A program made the translations under genes and the position numbers. A stretch of 64,000 bases of DNA from an uncultured Thermoplasmatales archaeon (lineage in GTDB: Archaea > Thermoplasmatota > E2 > DHVEG-1), in contig CAZWYI010000010.1 in NCBI GenBank assembly GCA_964638155.1, forward strand, positions 1,305 through 65,304, given 5' to 3'. The notes under the pieces are model-generated. The model saw nothing but the letters and a program-made list of their open reading frames with translations. It did no database searches and had not been told where the DNA came from. Positions 29,779 to 38,400 of this stretch are shown piece after piece; position 1 is the stretch's first letter; every line of letters begins with the position of its first letter.

Positions 29779-30401
29779 TCAACAGCTTCTTTGTGAGTGT
29801 TATATAGATCTATTGCTTCTTTGATATAATTTCTTAGTTCTTCTTTTTGATTTTTAGGTTTTTCTTTAAGGCCATATATAGTTGCATATGTTGGTTCTAT
29901 AAACCCATGGTTATATCCATATGTTACAAAAACCATCATTGGATTTCCCGCATCTCCAACTATATCGTAAATATATCTAGATTTATAAAGCAGGCTATCT
30001 TCTTTTACTCTATTTGTATTTATGTGAATAAAAGTGATGTTTGAATTATTGAATTTAACTTTTTTATAAAAAACATCATACGGTCCAAAAGAAATATTTA
30101 AAACATCGATTAAAACTTCTTCAAGTTCATCACAACCTGGGCAAAAATCAATTCTATATGTTATAACTACAGGTCCTTTTGATAAGTTTTCTAAAACAAA
30201 ATCAGGATGAGGCATATTATTAGCTGTTTCAAATCTATATTCTATATCTGTGTCAGGTCCTAATTTGATACAGCTCAAGCATAACTCTTCAACAATTTTT
30301 CTTTTTATTGAATCGTAAACATCTGTATAAGTAAGTAATCCAATTCCTGCAGAAGAAAAAAGAATAATCATTGTTATCTGTAAAACAAATATCTTTTTCA
30401 T
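29775..30401 (-). CDS. Exported thioredoxin-like protein with two CxxC motifs
   Basis: Signal peptide. CLSC and FCPGC motifs. NPMMVFV cis-Pro-like region. 208 aa. Confidence 0.45.
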   Translation of the reverse strand: MKKIFVLQITMIILFSSAGIGLLTYTDVYDSIKRKIVEELCLSCIKLGPDTDIEYRFETANNMPHPDFVLENLSKGPVVITYRIDFCPGCDELEEVLIDVLNISFGPYDVFYKKVKFNNSNITFIHINTNRVKEDSLLYKSRYIYDIVGDAGNPMMVFVTYGYNHGFIEPTYATIYGLKEKPKNQKEELRNYIKEAIDLYNTHKEAVD

Positions 30402-30402
30402 T

Positions 30403-31230
30403 TCAAGCCCTCTTATATTTAATTAGATTGTGTGGACAAGTGCTTATGCATTTTCCACATAAAATACATTCAGGATCTCTATGCATATTTGGTATATCTA
30501 TAGCCATCGGACATACATCTGAGCATAAATTACAGTGAACACATCTTTCCTTGTCAACATCAACATATAAAATACTTATTTTGTTAAAAGGAGCTAGTAT
30601 TGCTCCAACTGGGCAAAAATATCTACACCATCCTCTTTCTATTAGAAAAATTAGTGCTATAAATAAAATAAATACTAAGAGTGCAGGATAAAAATATGAA
30701 GATGGAACGTAAATACCGGGATTTAAAACTAAGATTGGAAATGTTCCTGTTAGCACTCCAACCGGACATATATCCGTAAACATAAAACCAATAAAAATTG
30801 AAGTTATAAATACAAACCCTATTAATACAATATATTTTATGTATCTAAAATATGGTTCATACTTATATTGACCTATTTTTTTAATAAAAGGAAATTTTAT
30901 TTTCAAAAATCGTGCTATTTTTCCTGTTCCTCTTTGAAGTAAACCTATAGGACATACCCATCCGCAAACAGCTCTACCAGAAAAAACGCCTACAACACCT
31001 AATATAAGTAATGGAAATAATAAAAGTTTAAGGCTAAAGTTACCTGGTTTTTTATAGGTGTCAAAAACACTAAGTTCTAAAGATCTTAAAGGACAAGCAG
31101 AGGTTGCAGTAGGGCATGCATTACAATAAAAAAAGGGATAGCAGAAGCCGGTTTTTAGGTTAAAAGCACCTAAATTTGCTGTAAAAAAAAAGATAATTTG
31201 AGCAATTAATCTTTTTATTTGGAGTTTCAT
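30403..31230 (-). CDS. NapH/MauN/CcoG-family membrane FeS protein (two CX3CP motifs plus two [4Fe-4S] ferredoxin motifs)
   Basis: GRAVCGWVCP and GWCRYFCP CX3CP motifs in a >=4-TM N-terminal part. C-terminal CVHCNLCSDVCP and CILCGKCISTCP ferredoxin clusters. Confidence 0.7.
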   Translation of the reverse strand: MKLQIKRLIAQIIFFFTANLGAFNLKTGFCYPFFYCNACPTATSACPLRSLELSVFDTYKKPGNFSLKLLLFPLLILGVVGVFSGRAVCGWVCPIGLLQRGTGKIARFLKIKFPFIKKIGQYKYEPYFRYIKYIVLIGFVFITSIFIGFMFTDICPVGVLTGTFPILVLNPGIYVPSSYFYPALLVFILFIALIFLIERGWCRYFCPVGAILAPFNKISILYVDVDKERCVHCNLCSDVCPMAIDIPNMHRDPECILCGKCISTCPHNLIKYKRA

Positions 31231-31233
31231 TTT

Positions 31234-31758
31234 TTATCTCTTTTTATAAATGAATAACATGCTAATAAAAAGTGCTATTATTACAAATATAAATTCAAAG
31301 CCAGGTGTGCCATTGTCAGAATTTTGATTATCATCTTTTGAATCATTTTTATTTGAATCTATATCTAAATCTACCAACCATGAATCATCTGTTAATTGAT
31401 ATTCTGTACCACTATCCATAACTGTAAAAAAATATTGTATATGATCTGTTCTACCTTGAGTATCTTCTAAGGCTAATGTTTTTACATATTTTCCTTCTGA
31501 ATTAAGCTCCATCTCATAATTATTACTAACATAACATTGTTCAGTATTATAATTACATTCTAAAACAAATAAAGTAACACTTGTTATATTTTCACCAGAT
31601 ATATTGGCAATTACAGTAACAGTTGACTGAGGTTCTGGTTTTTCAGGGTTTGTATTAATATTATTTACAGTTGGCTCAGCTGTAGCAGATATAGCAATTA
31701 CACTAATAATAACACTAACACCTAAACATAATAACATTTTTTTTCCAAGATTTTTCAT
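31234..31758 (-). CDS. Exported protein with PGF-CTERM archaeosortase sorting signal
   Basis: Signal peptide. Asp/Asn/Ser-rich linker then PGFEFIFVIIALFISMLFIYKKR (PGF + TM + basic tail) at the C-terminus. Confidence 0.55.
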   Translation of the reverse strand: MKNLGKKMLLCLGVSVIISVIAISATAEPTVNNINTNPEKPEPQSTVTVIANISGENITSVTLFVLECNYNTEQCYVSNNYEMELNSEGKYVKTLALEDTQGRTDHIQYFFTVMDSGTEYQLTDDSWLVDLDIDSNKNDSKDDNQNSDNGTPGFEFIFVIIALFISMLFIYKKR

Positions 31759-31777
31759 TTTTTCTCACCTCCAATAT

Positions 31778-32299
31778 CTAAATTAATTTATCTAATTTTT
31801 TTGAAATTTCAGGGTACTGAGTATAACCTGAAAAACTATGATAAATATTTCCATTTTCATCAATTAAAACAACTTTTGGAACACCACCATCAGGTACATA
31901 ATCTTTTGCAATGCTACCATCTGAGTCCATACCAAAAATCCAGTCTAATTTCATTCCAAGTTCACGATCAAATGCATCTATAAAAGATTGAAGATATGCT
32001 TCTGTTTCATATTGATATACATCAATAGATATGATAATTATTTCAGTATAATTTTCACTTACAGATTTTAAAGCTGGCATTTGATACACACAATATGGAC
32101 AGTCTACACCCATAAAGTCAAGTAATATTATATTTCCTTTATAATCTGAGAGTTTTATATTTTTTCCCTCTAGAGTTTTTAAAGAAAAATCAGGTGCATC
32201 ACCCCATTCTGAATTTACATCTTTAATATCTGTGCATCCAGCTAAAAAAGATACAGTAATCAATAAAAGAAAAATTACTATAATACCTTTTTTAAACAT
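31778..32299 (-). CDS. TlpA/ResA-like thiol-disulfide oxidoreductase (redoxin), lipoprotein-type signal
   Basis: Lipobox-like LAGC. GVDCPYCV CxxC. Redoxin/AhpC-TSA-like length (173 aa). Confidence 0.7.
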   Translation of the reverse strand: MFKKGIIVIFLLLITVSFLAGCTDIKDVNSEWGDAPDFSLKTLEGKNIKLSDYKGNIILLDFMGVDCPYCVYQMPALKSVSENYTEIIIISIDVYQYETEAYLQSFIDAFDRELGMKLDWIFGMDSDGSIAKDYVPDGGVPKVVLIDENGNIYHSFSGYTQYPEISKKLDKLI

Positions 32300-32317
32300 T
32301 TATTTCTCTTCCATATA

Positions 32318-32728
32318 TTATTTATGTTTTTGTAATCTTTGTTTTAGCTGTTCTTTTGGAAGAGCACCAATTAGTTTATCTACTAAGTCTCCATTTTTAA
32401 ATACTAAAATTGTTGGAATACTCATTATCTGATGCTTCGATGGTATTTGCTGGTTCTCATCTACATTTAATTTTCCAAATACTATTTCTCCTTTCATTTC
32501 TTTGGCAAGTTCTTCTATTACTGGTCCGACCATTCTACATGGTCCACACCAAGGAGCCCAACAGTCTACTACAACAGTATCGTATTTTTTAATTGTTTCT
32601 TCAAAATCGGCATCTGTAACGTCTATTGGTTTATCTGGCATATTTTCCATATTTTTTTCTCCTTTCATGTATTTATTTTTGTATTCTTCCATTTTCTTTT
32701 TCTTTATGTCTTCAAGTTCATTATCCAT
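32318..32728 (-). CDS. trx: Thioredoxin
   Basis: Canonical WAPWCGPC active site, no signal peptide. 136 aa with a short Lys-rich N-terminal extension. Confidence 0.85.
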   Translation of the reverse strand: MDNELEDIKKKKMEEYKNKYMKGEKNMENMPDKPIDVTDADFEETIKKYDTVVVDCWAPWCGPCRMVGPVIEELAKEMKGEIVFGKLNVDENQQIPSKHQIMSIPTILVFKNGDLVDKLIGALPKEQLKQRLQKHK

Positions 32729-32802
32729 TATTCACCTATAATACTTGTTCTAGTATATAACGTTTGTGTATAAATTTAGCACAACCGTTAAATATATGAT
32801 AT

Positions 32803-33174
32803 TTGATAATAAAAAATAGAAAAATGAAATTTATAAATCCCAACAATAACATATGCTGCAATGATGTAATACAATGTGTCTTTGATCTAAACGATTTAGA
32901 CATAAACACATATAAAAAACTAAAAGAAAAAAAAGAACTACAGGCAACGGAACTTGCAGACATTTTAAAAAAAGAAAGAAGTACAGTTTATAGATCACTA
33001 CAGAGACTAGTATGTTGTGGACTATGTAATAAAGAAACTAAAACACTAGAAAAAGGCGGATATTTTCACGTATATTCACCTATTACCAAAAAAGAAACAA
33101 AAAAAAAGATAAACAAATGTATAGATGATTGGTATAAAAAAATGAAAGATACAATAAAAACTTTAGAATCTTAA
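32803..33174 (+). CDS. Winged-helix (TrmB/MarR-like) transcription regulator
   Basis: ELADILKKERSTVYRSLQRLV helix-turn-helix recognition segment. 123 aa. Confidence 0.45.
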   Translation: MIIKNRKMKFINPNNNICCNDVIQCVFDLNDLDINTYKKLKEKKELQATELADILKKERSTVYRSLQRLVCCGLCNKETKTLEKGGYFHVYSPITKKETKKKINKCIDDWYKKMKDTIKTLES

Positions 33175-33177
33175 ACC

Positions 33178-33432
33178 TTAATTATCCTGTAGCCATTTGC
33201 GAATTCTAAGATATCCTACTATTTTTTCACCATTTATCCACATAATTGGTGCAGTACGCTGCAAATCCTCAAACACATTATGATTTTTTGCCTCACTAAT
33301 TTGATTTTCAGACCATTCGTTTAGATCATGAGGATAGGTTACAATCTTAATATCGTCTCTATCAGTAATCAATTTTTTTGTATCATTACACTTCATGCAT
33401 TTTTCAAGTGAAAACAAAATTTTTTCTGCCAT
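33178..33432 (-). CDS. Glutaredoxin-like small redox protein
   Basis: CMKC motif near the N-terminus and PIMWINGEKIVGY resembling the glutaredoxin TVP..I.G..IGG region. 84 aa. Confidence 0.5.
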   Translation of the reverse strand: MAEKILFSLEKCMKCNDTKKLITDRDDIKIVTYPHDLNEWSENQISEAKNHNVFEDLQRTAPIMWINGEKIVGYLRIRKWLQDN

Positions 33433-33454
33433 AGTATGCCTCCTCCTATTTTAG

Positions 33455-33527
33455 TGGGCTAGACCGGAATTGAACCGGTGACCTCCGCGTTGTAAGCGCG
33501 ACGTCATAACCCCTAGACCACTAGCCC
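33455..33527 (-). tRNA. tRNA-Val (anticodon UAC)
   Basis: Hand-folded. 7-bp acceptor GGGCUAG/CUAGCCC. Anticodon arm UCGCG-CUUACAA-CGCGG with U33 and A37. T arm ACCGG-UUCAAUU-CCGGU. Discriminator A, CCA not encoded. Confidence 0.85.
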
Positions 33528-33658
33528 GAAGTACTTAGCATGGAATATAATAGTTGTTTTAGTAATTTACTATGTAAAAAATAAAACTGTGTAGTCCTAA
33601 AATTATTTCCCATCCTCAAAAATAATGAGAAAAACTTAGCGTTTACCTTGAGATAATA

Positions 33659-33680
33659 ACCCCTAGACCACTAGCCCTTA
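33659..33680 (-). repeat. 22-nt exact direct repeat of the 5' end of tRNA-Val (GGGCTAGTGGTCTAGGGGTTAT), 131 bp from the tRNA 5' end
   Basis: The string ataacccctagaccactagccc occurs at 33506-33527 (inside the tRNA) and again at 33659-33680. Flanks diverge immediately. Confidence 0.6.
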
Positions 33681-33730
33681 TATCAAGGGGAAATACAATC
33701 TATGTTATTAATTTACTCTAATGAAATCGA

Positions 33731-34684
33731 TTAATTTAATTCAAAAATTTTACATATATTTTTTAGCTTACTATAAAGCAAATTTTTAAATTTTCTGTAT
33801 TCTTCACTATCGATATCAATTAAAATAAGACGGGAAATATCATCATCTGAATTTCCAAAAACTCCTTTATTTAACAAACTACAATTATTTTGTAAATTCT
33901 CTCTTGCAACTTGAGAAATCAAAAAACTACTTTTGATTTTTCTAGATATTAAAATATTATCCATCTTTAAAATATCTTTTTTAGATTTATTGATAAGATA
34001 CAAATCAAAAACATCTCGTTCTTTAAGTTTTTCTCTAGTGAGAATAGCGCGATATTTCTCAAGTACTACTTCATTTATTGGATATGTTTTAGTTTCAATA
34101 TTTCGTAAATCATAACCAATAGATTTCAGATAAAGATCTTTACCAACGATATTATTTATTTTAGATTTAGAATAATTATTGATGATTTTTTCTAAAAAAT
34201 TTATCTCAATTTTAATTGGAATTTCCTCATCTGTAATTAAGGATTTATAATATATATTTAGTATATATACCGCTCTTGAATTTCTTAAATTAATGTACTT
34301 AGGATTTTTTCTATCGGTTTTAAAATCAAATTTTGCGATATCACATATTGATTTTATTTCTTTAATAAGTAAAATAACTGCCTTTTTTATTTCTTTCTCT
34401 CTTTTATTAACACTTTTAATTAAACGAAAATCATTACATTTATCATATGTAAAATCAATATCTTCACTAATTCTTGGATAATTTAAAAAATTTCTAATCA
34501 GTAATGTTCCGCCTTTAAAAATTAGATTATTTAGACTACGAATGTTTCCAGCGACATTTTGTTTTTGCCAAGTGGAGAGAAATAACGATATAAAATAGTC
34601 TTTTTCAATATAGTAATCATCAATATTTGATCCTTTTTTATTTTTAACATAGGACAGATATTTATTAAAATTTGTTCTATTCAT
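33731..34684 (-). CDS. abiEii: AbiEii/AbiGii-family nucleotidyltransferase toxin (type IV TA)
   Basis: FKGGTLLIRNFLNYPRISEDIDF matches the KGGTAL...R.SeDIDF NTase motif of DUF1814/AbiEii. 317 aa. 4-nt overlap with the upstream gene. Confidence 0.65.
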   Translation of the reverse strand: MNRTNFNKYLSYVKNKKGSNIDDYYIEKDYFISLFLSTWQKQNVAGNIRSLNNLIFKGGTLLIRNFLNYPRISEDIDFTYDKCNDFRLIKSVNKREKEIKKAVILLIKEIKSICDIAKFDFKTDRKNPKYINLRNSRAVYILNIYYKSLITDEEIPIKIEINFLEKIINNYSKSKINNIVGKDLYLKSIGYDLRNIETKTYPINEVVLEKYRAILTREKLKERDVFDLYLINKSKKDILKMDNILISRKIKSSFLISQVARENLQNNCSLLNKGVFGNSDDDISRLILIDIDSEEYRKFKNLLYSKLKNICKIFELN

Positions 34685-35298
34685 AAATAAAATACCTTCT
34701 TTTTAAAATTCTTTGAATAGTTTTTAAGATACAATTTCAATTTTTGTTTTTTCGTAAACTTGGATAATTTTATTGGAGGTATCTTTTTTAGATAAATAAA
34801 ATCAAGGTATGTTTTTTCAGGATTTGAGTAGTAAAAAGTAATTCTATTCTTGGTAGTTTTTTTTATATATCCAAAATCGATTTTATCTCTTTTTATTTTA
34901 CAAAACCTATATCTAATTCCTAGTATTTTTCTTTCACCAGATATTTCAGAATTAATAATTATTGGATTAACAATACCCTGCCACAAAATATTATTTCTTT
35001 CAAGAGCACTATATAGGCCAAGATACCATCTAATATTTAATTTATTAAGAATTGCATAAAGCATTTCATTTGTGGAATAATTTGTATAATCTCCCTTTTT
35101 TTCTTCTATACTTAATATATAGTAATAACCTTTGAAGACATATATAGTGTCTTTATTTCTTCTAAGGTTAACAATAATATTTTCGGTATATTTGTCTTGC
35201 AATACATCTCTAAGTACTTTTTCCAATTGTCTTTTAGATATAAGTTTATCATTAATTGAATCTAAGATATTCCTTATAATCCTTTTATCAATTTTCAT
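34681..35298 (-). CDS. abiEi: Putative AbiEi-like antitoxin/transcription regulator (partner of AbiEii)
   Basis: 205 aa, immediately upstream of and overlapping abiEii, the size and position expected for AbiEi. No strong motif recognised by eye. Confidence 0.45.
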   Translation of the reverse strand: MKIDKRIIRNILDSINDKLISKRQLEKVLRDVLQDKYTENIIVNLRRNKDTIYVFKGYYYILSIEEKKGDYTNYSTNEMLYAILNKLNIRWYLGLYSALERNNILWQGIVNPIIINSEISGERKILGIRYRFCKIKRDKIDFGYIKKTTKNRITFYYSNPEKTYLDFIYLKKIPPIKLSKFTKKQKLKLYLKNYSKNFKKKVFYL

Positions 35299-35462
35299 TT
35301 CAAATTAAAAAAAACTTTATTTACTATTTAAATGTTTTGTTTCAAAAAATGCAAAAAAATGTATTTTTTTAAAACGATTGCTATATAAATGAAAGGAAAT
35401 CCCCCCTCAAAAAAACAATTGTTTTTTTAAAATAACAAAAAAGTAAAGAAAAGAAAAAAAAA

Positions 35463-38400
35463 TTATTTTTTCTTTTTTGATTTTGTTGATTTTTTACTTG
35501 ATTTTTTTGTATCTTTTGTTGGGGTTTTATTTTTTCCTTTTGGTATTTTTTCTTTTTCTTCTTCGATATAGAGATAACCTGTTTTAAACATTATAAAAAT
35601 CACTAAGATAATTACTATAATTATTGTAATAATTATTAATGCCCATACTGGAAAGCCTTTGTCTTCTTTAATATAAACTTCTGTTTCATCTGAGGAAGGA
35701 TTATAAGTATAATCCCATTCTCCATCACCATCTGTATCTATTAGATAGTTACCATCTTCGTATTTTACTTTTACATTATCATTTTCTGAACTGTATATTT
35801 TATCATATATTCCGTCTTTATTTGTATCAACTAGATAATAAGTTATTCCATCAATTACTGGTATTTCTTTTACATCTGTAGGATCATCTGGGTCTGAACC
35901 AAGTTCAGTTTCTATTTCATCATCTATATTATCCCCGTCGTTATCTGAGTCACCTGCATATTTTCCATCAGGTGAAGGATCATCAGGTACTCCGTTTCCA
36001 TCTGTATCCTTTGGTTTATCTGTATCATCATTGATGTCAGTTTCATATGATTCTTCTATTTCATCACTCCATCCGTCAGCATCTGTGTCAAGTGTGATAT
36101 TTGCAGTTGTAATATTAGTATCAGTTAGGCCATCACTATCAGTTACTGTTAAAGTTACATTAAACAAACCTGATTGATTATAAATATGAACAGGGTTTTC
36201 TCCATAACCAAAGGTTTCATCGCCAAAGTCCCAGGTATAGTTTTCTATACCATCACCTGTGGTTGCATCTGGATCTATACTTTCTGATCCGTCAAAAGTA
36301 ATGTTTTCAAAGGTTAATGCTTCATATGGACCTCCTGCATCAGCTGTTGGTTTGTAAGTTGGAGTTGATTGCTCAGAGATATTTACTTCTGCAGTAGCAG
36401 TAGCAGTATCTGAATCATCATCTGTGACAGTTAAAGTTACTGTATATTCTCCTTCTTCACTATAAGTATGTGTAACTGTTTCACCTGTTCCAGTTGAATC
36501 ATCACCAAAATCCCATGAATAACTATATGGCTCTGTTCCATCTGATGCTGAACCTGTGAATTCAACAGAAGAACCAACTGTTCCAGAGTAAGGACCATTT
36601 GCATCAGCTGTAAATGTCGGGCTTGGAGGAATAACTGTACCTCCATTTCCTCCGCCACCTTGATTATTAACAGTGATATCAGCAGTATTTGTAGTATAAC
36701 CTGTTTTTACAGCGGTAACTGTTTTAGGTCCAGTTGAGGAAACAGAAGGAGCATCTAAGGTTACTTCTCCATTTAAATCAGTTGTTCCACTATCGCCGCT
36801 GACACTAACTGTTACACCTTGAACTGGAATATTCCCTCTTGAGGTAACTGTAACATCAAATTGATTGTTTTCTGTTACACTATTTGGAAGTGAAAGTGAT
36901 AAGAAATTATAAGCAATTAATGGATACAAATCTTGAGTGCTACCACCGCTTATATTGTATGGTGTATCACCTATGCCATCACCGTTAGAATCAGTTCCTG
37001 TATAGTTTCCCCAATAATTCCCCTCATTAATATTTGTGTTATACCACGTGTTGTTACTGCAATTATCATAAGAGCTTATATTGTTGTTATATATCTTATT
37101 GTGATACAACGTATTATTTTCAGAAAAGGCATCATAAAAGGTAGTCAGATTAAAACCATATTCGCTGTAAGATATATTATTTTCAATTATTAGGTTGCCA
37201 CTTGAACCTTTAAGTAGAATACCCCACGAGCTTTCTGCTGGGTTGGTGTTATTGTTATTATAGAATTCATTTGAAGAAATAGTGTTATTATTAGAAGATG
37301 GGGCTAAAGAAATTCCTCCACTGTCACAAGAAGATACGTTGTTATCTGTAATTGTGTTAAAATCTGCATAGCTTAAATCAAAGCCATTTGCATAAGGCCC
37401 TAAAGCATTATAACTCATATTGTAAATTGTGTTGTTTGAAATTGTACAATATGTAGAATTAGTAATTTTCATACCTGGTCCTGATTGCAACCTAGTAGAT
37501 TGAGAGACAGCACAATTACTAATGTTAATAAAACTACAGTGACTGCTATTATCGCTTTGGCTGAACCATTCAATCATTCCTAGAGCTATACCACCATGTG
37601 ATGAATTTTCAATGTTACATCCTACTATGTTACAGTTTGTTGCGTTGTCAAAAGCAATACCGATAGTACAGTTATAAATGGTAATATTTGTTATGTTAAT
37701 ATTACTAATATCCAAAGGGTTAGAAGAGTTATAAACATATATTCCTACAGCATAATCAGGTAATGCTTTGATACAATTTCTTATAGTAATATCTTTTATG
37801 TTAACGTTACTTGTAGTTATATTAATTCCAAATCCATAATTACCATCTAAAATTGCCAATTCAGTTCCATCAATTGTTATACTTTTATCAACGAGAAGAT
37901 TTTCATAATAGGTTCCATTATAAACAAAAACAGATCCATCTGCAGAAACTGCATTTATACCTTCTTGAATGGTATCAAAGTGATCAACGTTCCAGCCGGG
38001 TGTTGAACTTGTGTAATCATCATCCACCCATACAAAAGTAGGTGGTGTTGTACGTTTGTTTGTTAAGGGATATACGTCCTGATTGCTACCAGATGCAATA
38101 TCATACGGTGTATCACCTATGCCATCACCATCAGAATCAGTTCCCGCGTAGTCTCCCCAATAGTTACCCTGGAAAATAGTTGTATTGTACCAATCGTTAT
38201 TACTACAGCGGTCAAAGGAGTTATTTAGCGAATTATTATAAACATTATTGAAATAAATTGTATTATTTTCTGAACAAACTGATAACCAAGATGAAACATA
38301 GATACCTTCATCATTGTAATACACATTATTTCTAGTGATTGTATTATTGTCTGATGCTAAAACACAAATACCATATGCCATAGCATTCGTATTGTTATAG

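Noticed and set aside
31234-31758. Archaeosortase gene adjacent to the PGF-CTERM protein
   Set aside because: Looked for a polytopic Cys/Arg-active-site archaeosortase (ArtA) nearby. The only candidate membrane protease in the window (62021..62770) has CPBP motifs (EEIFFRGF, FGIAHL), not archaeosortase features. ArtA must be elsewhere.
33659-33680. Second tRNA gene or tRNA pseudogene next to tRNA-Val
   Set aside because: Only the first 22 nt of the tRNA are duplicated. Downstream sequence cannot form anticodon or T arms. Interpreted as an att-like repeat instead.
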